Shown: in pieces, positions 18,509 through 28,429 of the stretch
Layout: each line of letters begins with the position of its first letter
How positions within the stretch are numbered: the first letter of the stretch is position 1
Source: Flavobacteriales bacterium
Lineage (GTDB): Bacteria > Bacteroidota > Bacteroidia > Palsa-965
Reading direction: 5' to 3'
Length of the DNA stretch: 64,000 bases
Assembly: GCA_040377305.1 (NCBI GenBank)
Contig: JBEIPA010000005.1
Span: 160,001-224,000, forward strand
Notes under the pieces: model-generated
What the model was told of the DNA's origin: nothing
Seen by the model: only the letters and a program-made list of their open reading frames with translations
The model's database searches: none
Program-made: the position numbers and the translations under genes

Positions 18509-20626
18509 ATGCTGAGAATTCTAATTCCATTGTTGCTTGCATCCACGGCATTTGCACAAGCACCGTCATCTCTCCACATTCAACTGGATCAAATCGGTTA
18601 TCGTCCGAACGACCGAAAAGTTGCTGTAATTTCTGATCCGCAAGTTGGATACAACGCCAGCCTGTCTTATACGCCTTCTGGTACGATGGAAGTTATTGAC
18701 ATGATGAGCAACGTCGTATTTACCGGACCTGTTGTTGCGTGGAATGGAGGCGCAACGCATTCACAATCGGGTGACAAATGTTGGTGGTTTGATTTTACGG
18801 CACTCACTACACCCGGAATGTATCGTTTGAAAGATCCGGTACTTGGAACGTTCTCACACAACTTTGAAATCAGAGCGGACATTTACAACGAGGCTTTGAT
18901 GCACGCACAACGTGTGTTTTACTATCAACGTTGTGGTACGGCGAAAACGGCAACTTGTGCCGGAGTAGCATATTCCGATTCTCCGTGTCACGTTGGAGCA
19001 TTGCAGGACATGACTTGTCGTGCGGTTTCAAATCCGGTGCAGGCAACAGAACGCGACATGAGCGGTGGCTGGCATGATGCGGGCGACTACAACAAGTACA
19101 CGAATTTCACTTATGTTCCGGTTCACTTTCTGTTAGATGCCTACGAACAAGCACCATCTGCATTCGGTGATGCGAATAATATTCCTGAAAGCGGGAACGG
19201 AACTCCCGACATTCTTGACGAAGTTAAATTCGAACTCGACTGGTTGCTGAAAATGCAAAACGCCGACGGATCAGCCATCATGAAAATTTCAACATTGGGT
19301 TTCAATGGAGGTTCTCCACCAAGTAGTGATGCTACACAACGTTATTACAGCGCTGCAGCTTCGTCAGCAACCAGAACGATTTGTAGTCAGTTCGCGCACG
19401 CTGCAATTGTATTTCGAAATCTAAGTGATCCCTTGATGCAGGATTATGGTGACACACTCCTTGTTCATGCAGAACTCGCATGGCAATGGTTGCAGGCGAA
19501 TACTGCTTACTCGTATTACAACAACGAAACATTCTCGAGTGCAAATCCGGAAGTCGGAACTACTGAACAAGATGCGCGCAAGTTCGTTGCAGCGATTTAT
19601 CTCTATGCCGCAACTTCGAATACAACGTATCGTTCGTATGTGGATGCGAACTACACCAGCATTCAGCCATTCGCGTGGACGTACTGGTATCCGTTCGAAC
19701 CCGTTGTGCAGGATGCCATGTTGTACTACACAACGACAGCCGGTGCAACGATGGGGACAGTCAACGCAATACGTCAGAGTTGTATTAATTCCACAACGAG
19801 TAATAATCCTGATATGCTTCCTGCGTATACCGTTGAAACAGATGCGTACATGGCATACATGAAAAATCAGGATTACGTTTGGAACAACAACGAGTTCAAG
19901 TGTGAAGCCGGGATTATTTTCGCGAACATGAATCGATACGCACTGGACGCACCGAATCAAACAAACTATCGGAATGCCGCTGCAGGATATTTGCATTACA
20001 TACACGGCACCAATCCGAATGGATATTGTTATTTGTCCAGCAGCGATACATGCGGTGCGGATAGATTCGTCAATCAGATTTATCACGGTTGGTTCGGAGA
20101 TGGTACCATTTACGATGGAACGGCTCTTGGTCCACCGGCGTGTTATCTGACTTGCGGCGCGAACTACTTCTACAATCCCGATGCAGCATACACCGGTCCG
20201 GCAATTGAGCCACCGATGAATCAGCCGCATCAGAAGTGTTACAAAAACTGGAACACCTCGTGGCCGGAAAATTCCTGGGAAGTAACTGAAGTAGGAATTT
20301 ACACCGAAGCGGCTTACGTCAAGTTGTTGTCGATGTATGCAGATACGTTTACGATCATTACTTCAACAACTCCGGCTCCAGTTCCTACAGGCTGGTCGAT
20401 ATTCCCAAATCCGGCAACTGATCAATTGTACATTAGTGGTTCAATTAATGATGTAGTAGAATTCGTTATGGTTGATCTTGCCGGGAAAACAGTTTTGACA
20501 CAAACTATTTATCCGGGTAATGGAAGTGTTTCGATTGCAACTTTACCGGCTGGTGTTTATCTTGGAATGGTAAGGAAGAGTGGTGAGGTAATTCACACGG
20601 AGAAAATATCAGTGATCAAAAATTAA
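18509..20626 (+). CDS. Glycoside hydrolase family 9 with N-terminal Ig domain and T9SS C-terminal domain
   Basis: DQIGY, FYYQRCG, GGWHDAGDYNK, candidate catalytic Glu in WEVTEVGI; C-terminal IFPNPA...GVYL. Confidence 0.9.
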   Translation: MLRILIPLLLASTAFAQAPSSLHIQLDQIGYRPNDRKVAVISDPQVGYNASLSYTPSGTMEVIDMMSNVVFTGPVVAWNGGATHSQSGDKCWWFDFTALTTPGMYRLKDPVLGTFSHNFEIRADIYNEALMHAQRVFYYQRCGTAKTATCAGVAYSDSPCHVGALQDMTCRAVSNPVQATERDMSGGWHDAGDYNKYTNFTYVPVHFLLDAYEQAPSAFGDANNIPESGNGTPDILDEVKFELDWLLKMQNADGSAIMKISTLGFNGGSPPSSDATQRYYSAAASSATRTICSQFAHAAIVFRNLSDPLMQDYGDTLLVHAELAWQWLQANTAYSYYNNETFSSANPEVGTTEQDARKFVAAIYLYAATSNTTYRSYVDANYTSIQPFAWTYWYPFEPVVQDAMLYYTTTAGATMGTVNAIRQSCINSTTSNNPDMLPAYTVETDAYMAYMKNQDYVWNNNEFKCEAGIIFANMNRYALDAPNQTNYRNAAAGYLHYIHGTNPNGYCYLSSSDTCGADRFVNQIYHGWFGDGTIYDGTALGPPACYLTCGANYFYNPDAAYTGPAIEPPMNQPHQKCYKNWNTSWPENSWEVTEVGIYTEAAYVKLLSMYADTFTIITSTTPAPVPTGWSIFPNPATDQLYISGSINDVVEFVMVDLAGKTVLTQTIYPGNGSVSIATLPAGVYLGMVRKSGEVIHTEKISVIKN

Positions 20627-20650
20627 TCTGCGAATTCGCGGCATACAACT

Positions 20651-21226
20651 ATGAAAATCTATACCAAAACCGGCGATAAAGGACAAACCTCTCTCATAGG
20701 AGGAACGCGTGTTCCGAAACACCATATTCGTATTGAAGCGTACGGAACGATTGATGAGCTGAACTCCTGGATTGGCGTGATTCGCGATAGCATACCTGCA
20801 GAAAATATGCAAGCAGGCATTCCTTATCAGCACACGAAGATTATACTCATCGACATTCAGGATAAATTATTTACGATTGGATCTCACCTCGCGAGTGATC
20901 CGGAAAAAAGTAAAATGAAACTGCCGGATATTGCGGACGCAGCTGTTTCAATTCTCGAAAACGAAATGGATGCCATTGACAATTCAGTTCCAGCGATGAG
21001 AAATTTCATTTTGCCGGGAGGTAATCTCACCGTTTCATATTGTCACGTGGCGCGTTGTGTTTGCCGTCGTGCAGAACGTTGCATCATTCATCTCAGCGAA
21101 TCTGCTCCTGTTGATGAAGTGATCATTCGTTACGTGAACCGTCTCTCGGATTATCTTTTCATGCTCTCGAGAAAACTCACGCAGGATTTGGGTGCGGAAG
21201 AAATTCCCTGGTTGCCTCGTCAGTAG
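20651..21226 (+). CDS. PduO-type ATP:cob(I)alamin adenosyltransferase
   Basis: KIYTKTGDKGQT, AYGTIDELNS, FILPGG, CRRAER, NRLSDYLF. Confidence 0.95.
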   Translation: MKIYTKTGDKGQTSLIGGTRVPKHHIRIEAYGTIDELNSWIGVIRDSIPAENMQAGIPYQHTKIILIDIQDKLFTIGSHLASDPEKSKMKLPDIADAAVSILENEMDAIDNSVPAMRNFILPGGNLTVSYCHVARCVCRRAERCIIHLSESAPVDEVIIRYVNRLSDYLFMLSRKLTQDLGAEEIPWLPRQ

Positions 21227-21228
21227 GC

Positions 21229-21277
21229 CGTAGTGCGGTGAATCAGTTGGCAGTAGCGCCGTAAATCAGTCGGCAGT
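21229..21277. repeat. Imperfect 23-bp direct duplication after the adenosyltransferase stop
   Basis: gtagtgcggtgaatcagttggca followed by gtagcgccgtaaatcagtcggca. Confidence 0.55.
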
Positions 21278-21484
21278 CAAATTCTACGTGGGCGTCTCTG
21301 TGGAGCGATTCATGGAGTAAATTCTTCCCAAACGGACAATTCCCCAATCAAAGTCACGAGTCGGTTGGTGCGAACCCTGCACATTCCACCTCAATATTGT
21401 TGAAAACCTGCTTTCTATCTGATTTTCAGTCCATTTACTTTCCAAAAAATAATCCACCATGTGTGCAAGGCATTGAGATAGTAC

Positions 21485-21492
21485 TACTTTTG
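21485..21492 (+). promoter_or_regulatory. Bacteroidota -7 promoter box (TACTTTTG)
   Basis: Exact TAnnTTTG about 105 nt upstream of the DUF2795 gene. Confidence 0.6.
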
Positions 21493-21596
21493 CACGAAAA
21501 TTGACCTGTAATTACCAGTTGCAATAGGATTACCCCTCAGCGTAACAATTTTACAGAATCAGCGTTTAGAGTTACAACCCTTAAATAAATTGAATT

Positions 21597-21818
21597 ATGT
21601 ACTGGACACTTGAACTTGCCTCTTACCTTGAAGACGCACCTTGGCCTGCAACCAAGGAAGAATTGATCGATTATGCTATTCGATCAGGTGCCCCAATGGA
21701 AGTGATGGAAAACCTGCAGGAAATTGAAGACGAAGGCGAAGCTTACGAATCGATTGAAGAAATCTGGCCTGATTACCCAACGAAGGAAGACTTTTTCTTT
21801 AACGAAGACGAGTACTAG
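21597..21818 (+). CDS. DUF2795 family small acidic protein
   Basis: MYWTLELASYLEDAPWPATKEELIDYAIRSGAP, the conserved 73-aa Bacteroidota protein. Confidence 0.92.
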   Translation: MYWTLELASYLEDAPWPATKEELIDYAIRSGAPMEVMENLQEIEDEGEAYESIEEIWPDYPTKEDFFFNEDEY

Positions 21819-21877
21819 ATCGCGGCGGCGCGGAGTAATCGGCGATGCAGCGTAGAATTTTTATCAGATCAAATAGT

Positions 21878-21907
21878 GAAGGAGTCCGCAGGGGCTCCTT
21901 TCTCATT
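21878..21907 (+). terminator. Intrinsic terminator
   Basis: GAAGGAGTCC-GCAG-GGGCTCCTTT followed by CTCATT. Confidence 0.6.
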
Positions 21908-21929
21908 CCTCGGTACGCCTGCAATATTT

Positions 21930-22095
21930 CACAAGGTGCTCCGCAGGTATTGCCGGCTACTCGGAATGACAAAGGATGCCCGGTGTCAGACCGCATTTAT
22001 CACAAGCTGCTCCGCAGTTATTTCCAGCTACTCGGAATGACAAAGGATGCCCGGGGTCAGACCGCATTTATATTTTCAGCTACTCAGAAGGACAA
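21930..22095. repeat. 71-bp tandem duplication plus partial third unit
   Basis: Units start at 21930 and 22001 (cacaag...GCTACTCGGAATGACAAAGGATGCCCGG.GTCAGACCGCATTTAT). The third fragment reads cagctactcagaaggacaa. Confidence 0.88.
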
Positions 22096-22127
22096 TCGAC
22101 AGCCAAACTGCCCGCATTCGGGGCACA

Positions 22128-22156
22128 TTGTCAGATTGAGCGTAGCCGAAGGGTGA
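22128..22156 (+). repeat. REP-like repeat, left member of an inverted pair
   Basis: TTGTCAGATTGAGCGTAGCCGAAGGGTGA matches the reverse complement of 22616-22644 at 26 of 29 positions. Confidence 0.8.
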
Positions 22157-22228
22157 CAGGATGACCAATTAGCGTATAATTTCCCTTGAGGAACGACTTT
22201 TGATCCGTAATTTCACGGTCCCAATACA

Positions 22229-22576
22229 ATGACACCAAAAGAGCATAGAAAATCGCTGCCATTCCTCGTAACACTCGCGGGATGTGTACTTATGCTCGCT
22301 TGGGTAGATCCGGCTCATGCGTCTGAAGTAACGCGACAACTTTCCCAGAAAGGCTTCGCGATTTCTCAGTTGCGCAAATCAGAAGTTGCGATTGTCAAGA
22401 ATGCGCACGCCGATCTCAAAGTATTCTTCAAGGCGTTCAACGCAACGCAGAGCGGTGAACATGTTGCATCGGGATTCATCAAAAGCAATTACTCTTCAGA
22501 ATATAAAATTGTATTTCCACATTTCGTAAAATCATCACTCAAAGGCTACATCCTTACTTGGATGAAGCGTGAGTGA
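22229..22576 (+). CDS. Hypothetical secreted protein directly upstream of secA
   Basis: 115-aa ORF with basic N-region, hydrophobic core LPFLVTLAGCVLMLAWV and an AHA signal peptidase I site. Confidence 0.65.
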   Translation: MTPKEHRKSLPFLVTLAGCVLMLAWVDPAHASEVTRQLSQKGFAISQLRKSEVAIVKNAHADLKVFFKAFNATQSGEHVASGFIKSNYSSEYKIVFPHFVKSSLKGYILTWMKRE

Positions 22577-22615
22577 GAAGTTTGGAGCGACCTGCCATCG
22601 TTCGGCTACGCCTTA

Positions 22616-22644
22616 TCATCCTTCGGCTACGCTCAGTATGACAA
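22616..22644 (-). repeat. REP-like repeat, right member of an inverted pair
   Basis: TCATCCTTCGGCTACGCTCAGTATGACAA, preceded by a partial extra copy TTCGGCTACGC at 22601. Confidence 0.8.
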
Positions 22645-22737
22645 GGCTCTTCCTCCTGCGGCCACCAGCCGTCTTCCTACCAATTTCATTTTTTGCAGTA
22701 ACGGGAAGGTCTGCGTTCAACTTTCAATTCTATTACC

Positions 22738-25700
22738 ATGTTTGATTTTATTTCCAAAGGAATCACCAAGCTTATGGGCGGTTCCAAATCGGAGCGCGAC
22801 GTAAAAGAAATTCAACCTTACGTTGACGAAATTCTCCGCATATATCCAACACTAAAAAGTATCTCGAACGATGAGCTCCGCAATAAAACCGTGGAGTTCC
22901 GTAAACAGATTAACGATGCCATCAAAGACGAGCAGGCAGAAATTAACAAGCTCAAAGCACAAGCAGAAAATCCGGAAACGGATGTAGAAGAACAGGAAAG
23001 CCTCTTCAATAAGGCCGACACCCTCGAAAAAGAGATGGTGAAGAAAATTGAAGAAGTGCTTCTTGAAATTCTTCCTGAAGCGTTTGCTGTAGTGAAAGAA
23101 ACTGCTCGCCGTTTTACGGAGAACAAAGAAATCGTTGTAACGGCAACGCAACATGATCGTGATCTGGCTGTCCGTAAACCAAACGTTGTTATTGACGGCG
23201 ACAAAGCGATCTGGAAAAACACCTGGATGGCCGCTGGAATCGAAGTAACCTGGAACATGATTCACTACGATGTGCAGTTGATCGGTGGTATTGTTCTTCA
23301 TCAGGGGAAAATTTCCGAGATGGCAACAGGTGAAGGTAAAACCCTCGTTGCAACACTTCCGGTTTACCTCAACGCACTACCTGCGCGTGGTGTGCATCTG
23401 GTAACTGTGAACAACTACCTCGCACGTCGTGACTGTGAGTGGAACGGTCCTTTGTTCGAATTCCTCGGTCTGACTGTTGATTGTATTGACTTGCACGAAC
23501 CGAATGGCGCTGAACGTCGCAAAGCATACCAGGCCGATATTACTTACGGAACGAACAACGAATACGGTTTCGATTATCTGCGTGATAACATGTCGCGTGA
23601 ACCGGATGAACTCGTACAGCGCAAACACCATTACGCAATTGTGGATGAGGTCGATTCAGTACTCATTGACGATGCACGTACTCCGCTCATCATTGCTGGT
23701 CCTACTCCGAAAGGAAATAACCACATGTTCAATGAGCTGAAACCGAAAATCGAGAAGTTGGTGAATGCGCAGCGTAGCTTCATCAACACGATTCTTGCTG
23801 ATGCGAAGAAAGGTTTCGCCGCCATGGGAACCGATAAGGAGAAAGAGAAAGAAGTGGGCATGTTGATTCTCCGTTGTCACCGCGGCCTTCCAAAGAACAA
23901 AGCATTTATCAAATTCCTTTCTGAGCAAGGCGTTCGTCAGTTGTTACAGAAGACAGAGAACTTCTATATCGCCGATCAGTCGAAGGAAATGCACAAAGTT
24001 GATGAAGCACTATTCTTCGTGATCGATGAGAAACACAACTCGATTGAGCTCACAGAAAAAGGTGTTGATCTGATTTCAACTTCTGCTGAAGATCACAACT
24101 TCTTCATTCTACCCGATCTCGGTGTAGAGATGAATGATCTCGAGAAAAAATATACTGAAGAGAAAGAACGTCTCGAGAAGAAAGACGAACTCATCCGCGA
24201 TTACAACGTGAAGTCGGAACGTGTACACTCCATGCAGCAATTGCTGAAAGCGTACTGTTTGTTCGACAAAGACACGGAGTACATTGTTGCGGATGGAAAA
24301 GTAAAAATCGTTGACGAACAAACCGGTCGTGTACTCGATGGTCGTCGTTACTCTGACGGATTGCACCAGGCGATTGAAGCGAAAGAGAATGTGAAGATTG
24401 AAGCAGCGACACAGACGTACGCTACTGTTACTTTGCAGAACTACTTCCGTATGTACCACAAACTTGCGGGTATGACGGGAACTGCGGAAACAGAAGCGCA
24501 GGAGTTCTGGACCATCTACAAGCTCGACGTTGTTACGATTCCTACCAACCGCAATATCACGCGTAAGGATATGGAAGATCTCGTGTACAAGACTACACGT
24601 GAGAAATACAACGCGGTTATTGAAGAATGCGTGAAGTGCGTAAAAGAAGGACGACCAGTACTTGTGGGTACAACTTCGGTTGAGATTTCAGAGTTGTTGA
24701 GTCGTATGCTTAAGCTTCGTAACATTAAGCACAACGTACTCAACGCGAAATTGCACCAGAAAGAAGCGGACATTGTCCTCGAAGCTGGTCAGGCAGGAAC
24801 AGTAACGATCGCTACGAACATGGCTGGTCGTGGTACAGATATTAAACTCGGACCTGGCGTGAAAGAAGCCGGTGGTCTTGCGATCATTGGTACAGAACGT
24901 CACGAGTCGCGTCGTGTTGACCGCCAGTTGCGTGGTCGTGCAGGTCGACAGGGTGATCCGGGATCATCACAGTTCTTCGTTTCATTGGAAGACAATTTGA
25001 TGCGTCTCTTCGGTTCAGATCGTATTGCGCGATTGATGGACAGAATGGGCCTGGAAGAAGGCGAAGTGATTCAGCACAGCATGATCACGAAATCCATCGA
25101 GCGTGCGCAACGTAAAGTAGAAGAGAACCACTTCGGTACACGTAAGCGGTTGATCGAGTATGATGACGTGATGAACGCACAGCGTGAAGTTATTTACAAG
25201 CGTCGCCGCAATGCATTGTTCGGTGAACGTTTGCAGATCGACATCAGCAACATGATGCGTGATGTAACTGATAACGTTGTTGCAGAATATCTCGACACAC
25301 AGAATTACGTTCAGTTCGAACTTGATCTTCTCCGCAACTTCGGAATGGAAGCTCCATTGAAAGAAGAAGAAATGGGCGGGAAGAAAAAAGAGGAACTTCT
25401 TGACACGATCCTTGATTCGGTTCACGCACATTACAAGGAGAAGTCGGCACGCATGGCGGCGCAGGCATTCCCTGTGATTAAGAATGTGTACGAAACGCAA
25501 TCGGGAACTTTCATCAACATCACTACTCCGATCACAGATGGAATGCGCACGCTTCACGCGGTTGCGAATCTCCAGAAGTGTTACGAGTCGCAAGGAAAAG
25601 AACTTGTGACGGTGATGGAGAAAGGTGCAATTCTCGCGATGATCGACGACGCATGGAAAGAACACCTGCGTGAGATGGATGATCTGAAAACATCTGTACA

Positions 25701-26097
25701 GAACGCCGTTTACGAGCAGAAGGATCCGCTCTTGATTTACAAATTCGAATCATTCGATTTGTTCAAGCGCATGGTCGACGATACCAACAAGAATATGATA
25801 TCGTTCCTGTTCCGTGCGAATCTTCCTAGCGGAGATGCAAACGTACAGAACGCACAACAAGTTCGTCGTCCGGCACCACAACCCAAATTACAAACGCAGC
25901 GTGAAGAAGTTGGAAGTGGCCCTCAAGCACCGCCGCAACAACAGCAGCAGCAAGGCGGACCTCGTCCGGGAAGTGGAATGCCACAGCAGGCACCGCAGCC
26001 GATACAGCAAGTTGTGAGAGAAAGTCCGAAGGTGGGCAGGAATGATTTGTGTCCTTGCGGATCGGGGAAGAAGTATAAATCTTGTCACGGTAAGTAG
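22738..26097 (+). CDS. secA: Preprotein translocase subunit SecA
   Basis: [41 protein letters not shown]-terminal [19 protein letters not shown]. Confidence 0.99.
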   Translation: MFDFISKGITKLMGGSKSERDVKEIQPYVDEILRIYPTLKSISNDELRNKTVEFRKQINDAIKDEQAEINKLKAQAENPETDVEEQESLFNKADTLEKEMVKKIEEVLLEILPEAFAVVKETARRFTENKEIVVTATQHDRDLAVRKPNVVIDGDKAIWKNTWMAAGIEVTWNMIHYDVQLIGGIVLHQGKISEMATGEGKTLVATLPVYLNALPARGVHLVTVNNYLARRDCEWNGPLFEFLGLTVDCIDLHEPNGAERRKAYQADITYGTNNEYGFDYLRDNMSREPDELVQRKHHYAIVDEVDSVLIDDARTPLIIAGPTPKGNNHMFNELKPKIEKLVNAQRSFINTILADAKKGFAAMGTDKEKEKEVGMLILRCHRGLPKNKAFIKFLSEQGVRQLLQKTENFYIADQSKEMHKVDEALFFVIDEKHNSIELTEKGVDLISTSAEDHNFFILPDLGVEMNDLEKKYTEEKERLEKKDELIRDYNVKSERVHSMQQLLKAYCLFDKDTEYIVADGKVKIVDEQTGRVLDGRRYSDGLHQAIEAKENVKIEAATQTYATVTLQNYFRMYHKLAGMTGTAETEAQEFWTIYKLDVVTIPTNRNITRKDMEDLVYKTTREKYNAVIEECVKCVKEGRPVLVGTTSVEISELLSRMLKLRNIKHNVLNAKLHQKEADIVLEAGQAGTVTIATNMAGRGTDIKLGPGVKEAGGLAIIGTERHESRRVDRQLRGRAGRQGDPGSSQFFVSLEDNLMRLFGSDRIARLMDRMGLEEGEVIQHSMITKSIERAQRKVEENHFGTRKRLIEYDDVMNAQREVIYKRRRNALFGERLQIDISNMMRDVTDNVVAEYLDTQNYVQFELDLLRNFGMEAPLKEEEMGGKKKEELLDTILDSVHAHYKEKSARMAAQAFPVIKNVYETQSGTFINITTPITDGMRTLHAVANLQKCYESQGKELVTVMEKGAILAMIDDAWKEHLREMDDLKTSVQNAVYEQKDPLLIYKFESFDLFKRMVDDTNKNMISFLFRANLPSGDANVQNAQQVRRPAPQPKLQTQREEVGSGPQAPPQQQQQQGGPRPGSGMPQQAPQPIQQVVRESPKVGRNDLCPCGSGKKYKSCHGK

Positions 26098-26099
26098 TC

Positions 26100-26188
26100 G
26101 CCTGCCGCGGGCTTTACACGGCGACACGGCGTAACGGCGAAAGTTGTTTGTGTTGAAGTGCTAAACCCAGCCGGCGGTCACGGCGAAA
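26100..26188. repeat. Single-arm copy of the 17554-17726 element
   Basis: GCCTGCCGCGGGCTTTACACGGCGACACGGCGTAACGG...CTAAACCCA aligns to that element's arm GCCTGCGGCGCTTTACACGGCGGCACAGCGAAACGG...CTAAACCCA. Confidence 0.75.
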
Positions 26189-26193
26189 AGTAA

Positions 26194-26231
26194 AAACAGG
26201 AGCGTTCTCGAAAGAGGGCGCTCTTTGTTTT
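26194..26231 (+). terminator. Intrinsic terminator of secA
   Basis: AAACAGGAGCGTTCTC-GAAA-GAGGGCGCTCTTTGTTTT, with a GNRA loop and U-rich tail. Confidence 0.75.
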
Positions 26232-26245
26232 ATATTAGATGCTCA

Positions 26246-26833
26246 ATGAATCGACTCGCGCTTGCACACCTCTTCTTTGCGATAATTTTCGTTCACTGTC
26301 ACGAAGATCATCACGTTAAGCTGGAGAAGAATGGAGCGGCGGACGTGAGTTACGTTTATCAATTTGGCGGCAAGGACACTACTTCTGGTCAGTCATTAGA
26401 CACTGCGGGTATGTCCGTCTATATTGACACGCTTGTATTTTTAACAGATTCGTTTTATAGAAGTCCGCTGATCAGTAATTTCCAACGTAATATCACTGCT
26501 ACTGGCTTTGAATTGAAATACAGAATCAGTGATATCAATTACCTTGGCGAATTTCTTACACCAAGCAAAGGTACTCCGTTAACATTCAAACGGACGAGAC
26601 ATTCTTTAACAATTGATGCGGGTACAGGAAATGCGGATCCCGAGGATGATATTGGCGGTTACACCAATCTGATTACGTTTAAACTCACAATTGAGTTCCC
26701 GCGGAAAATAAGAAGTGTCGATAACTCAAGCGGTTTGCCGTTTACATTTTCTGCAAACAAATTCACTATGGAATCAAATGTAGGTGCGGTGAATTATTCG
26801 GGGAAGAGGAATTTGGTGGTGGTGAAGTATTGA
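26246..26833 (+). CDS. Hypothetical lipoprotein
   Basis: MNRLALAHLFFAIIFVHC lipoprotein-like signal; beta-rich body. Confidence 0.6.
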   Translation: MNRLALAHLFFAIIFVHCHEDHHVKLEKNGAADVSYVYQFGGKDTTSGQSLDTAGMSVYIDTLVFLTDSFYRSPLISNFQRNITATGFELKYRISDINYLGEFLTPSKGTPLTFKRTRHSLTIDAGTGNADPEDDIGGYTNLITFKLTIEFPRKIRSVDNSSGLPFTFSANKFTMESNVGAVNYSGKRNLVVVKY

Positions 26834-26910
26834 TGGTCGCGTAAAGGTTTTCACATACTCGATTCTGTTTTTCAATTTATCAAGGTTGCGTTTTGCCGTC
26901 CCTACGCGCG

Positions 26911-26934
26911 CCTCTCTAACTCTCCAAAGGAGAG
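26911..26934 (+). repeat. CTCTCC-AAA-GGAGAG REP-like palindrome (left copy)
   Basis: CCTCTCTAACTCTCCAAAGGAGAG; inverted relative to the copy at 27411-27444. Confidence 0.7.
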
Positions 26935-26956
26935 AACCCGCGCGGGTCCGTCGTCA

Positions 26957-27502
26957 CTAGTCTGCCACATATGGAATGTCGGGAAGGGAATCGAGCAGGT
27001 TCTTTATCTTACTCGTTACAGTTTGAAGATCATTTTCCACGTCAGCGTTCGTAAAGCGTAGAACCGTGAAGCCTTTTTGTTCAAGGTAAAATGTTCGTTC
27101 ATTGTCACTTTGGATTTGTTCTGAATCCAAGTGATAACCACCGTCAATTTCAATAATAACTCGTTTAATAACACAAGTGAAGTCAACAATGTAAATATCA
27201 ATAGGATGCTGCCTCCTTATTTTGTGTCCGAGCTTGCTAGCGCGAACTGATTGCCACAATTTTCCTTCTGCTTCGGTTTGTAATTTCCGGTTCTCACGCG
27301 CACGATACTTCAGCACTCCCCATATTTCTTTGTTCCCGGTTTCATACGGCGGTCGCCCCTCAAATGCGACGAAGTCGCAAAGCCCCTCCGCACTATCCGC
27401 AGGATAGTAAAGCCCCTCTCCTTTGGAGAGGGGTTGGGGTGAGGCGTCAACCTCGTTTGCGCCACACCCCGTGCTCTTCACTTCGCTTTCTTTCATATCC
27501 AT
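26957..27502 (-). CDS. DUF559 (Vsr-like PD-(D/E)xK) endonuclease domain protein
   Basis: ARENRKLQTEAEGKLW, RRQHPI, YIVDF, IEIDGGYH, D.ER, GFTVLRFTN. Start set at ATG 27502 after a TATTATTG box; the start is uncertain. Confidence 0.9.
   Translation of the reverse strand: MDMKESEVKSTGCGANEVDASPQPLSKGEGLYYPADSAEGLCDFVAFEGRPPYETGNKEIWGVLKYRARENRKLQTEAEGKLWQSVRASKLGHKIRRQHPIDIYIVDFTCVIKRVIIEIDGGYHLDSEQIQSDNERTFYLEQKGFTVLRFTNADVENDLQTVTSKIKNLLDSLPDIPYVAD
27411..27444 (-). repeat. CCCCTCTCC-TTT-GGAGAGGGG REP-like palindrome (right copy, within the DUF559 frame)
   Basis: AGCCCCTCTCCTTTGGAGAGGGGTTGGGGTGAGG, translated as SPQPLSKGEG. Confidence 0.8.
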
Positions 27503-27618
27503 TTTTATTTCTCCCCGCAATAATACAACAGCCGTAACACACCAGTCGGTAACAAACGTTTGAAAACGAATAATGAGTCTCTTGTTTCTCTTATCTTAGT
27601 ATTCCTCACACCACCACC

Positions 27619-27978
27619 ATGGGCTCAACTGCAACTAACGAACGCGTTTCCAAAATGCCCTTCGCGAGTGTGTATCCGCACTACGTAACCAAAGTGGAGA
27701 AGAAAGGTCGCACGAAAGAGGAATTGCACAAAGTCATTCAATGGCTCACCGGTTACGATGAGAAAGCATTGAAGGAAATCATCACAAAGAAAATTGATTT
27801 CGAAACTTTCTTCAAGAAGGCAAAGCTGAACAAGAATGCTTCGCTCATCACCGGAGTTATTTGCGGTTACCGCGTGGAAGAAATTGAAGATCCTTTTATG
27901 CAGAAGGTTCGCTATCTCGACAAGATTGTTGATGAGTTGGCGAAGGGGAAAGCGATGGAGAAGATACTTCGTAAATGA
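27619..27978 (+). CDS. DUF2200 family protein
   Basis: [46 protein letters not shown]. Confidence 0.9.
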   Translation: MGSTATNERVSKMPFASVYPHYVTKVEKKGRTKEELHKVIQWLTGYDEKALKEIITKKIDFETFFKKAKLNKNASLITGVICGYRVEEIEDPFMQKVRYLDKIVDELAKGKAMEKILRK

Positions 27979-28006
27979 TGGAATGATCTAATGATTGAAT
28001 GATAGG

Positions 28007-28405
28007 ATGAGCGAAACACAATTCTACCACGGCACAAAAGCCAATCTAAATCCCGGAGATACGATTGCTCCCGGGTACATCACGAATTTCGGGAGCGGAA
28101 AAAAATCAAATCACGTTTACTTCACTGCAACGCTCGATGCGGCCACATGGGGTGCTGAACTTGCACAAGGAGATGGTCGCGGAAGAATATATATTGTGGA
28201 GCCAACGGGCGCGTTTGAAGATGATCCGAATCTGACCGACAAAAAGTTTCCGGGAAATCCCACGAAGTCGTACAGAACGAAAGATGCCCTGCGTGTGATC
28301 GGAGAAGTTGAAGAATGGAAAGGACATTCTGAAGAGCAACTGAAGACGATGAAAGATAATCTGGAGCGGCTGAAGCAACAGGGAATTGAGGCAATTGATG
28401 ATTAA
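28007..28405 (+). CDS. arr: NAD(+)-rifampin ADP-ribosyltransferase
   Basis: FYHGTKA, HVYFT, AATWGAELA, IYIVEPTG, EDDPNLTDKKFPGNPTKSYR. Confidence 0.95.
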   Translation: MSETQFYHGTKANLNPGDTIAPGYITNFGSGKKSNHVYFTATLDAATWGAELAQGDGRGRIYIVEPTGAFEDDPNLTDKKFPGNPTKSYRTKDALRVIGEVEEWKGHSEEQLKTMKDNLERLKQQGIEAIDD

Positions 28406-28429
28406 TGAATTCGACAATCCATTTGATTC

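Noticed and set aside
20600-21596. Cobalamin riboswitch near the adenosyltransferase gene
   Set aside because: The upstream spacer is 24 nt and no B12-box elements are recognisable downstream.
21930-22095. CRISPR-like mini array, and ORFs 21845-22156 and 21976-22164
   Set aside because: The whole 71-bp unit is duplicated, including the would-be spacer. The ORFs are translations of the repeat.
11613-25665. Long antisense ORFs (11613-12263, 19421-20230, 25015-25665)
   Set aside because: They shadow well-supported genes on the opposite strand and carry no motifs.
25860-26030. CAG-rich Q/P tract in secA as an insertion or intein
   Set aside because: It is in frame, low complexity and located in the normally variable linker before the zinc-binding tail, with no intein motifs.
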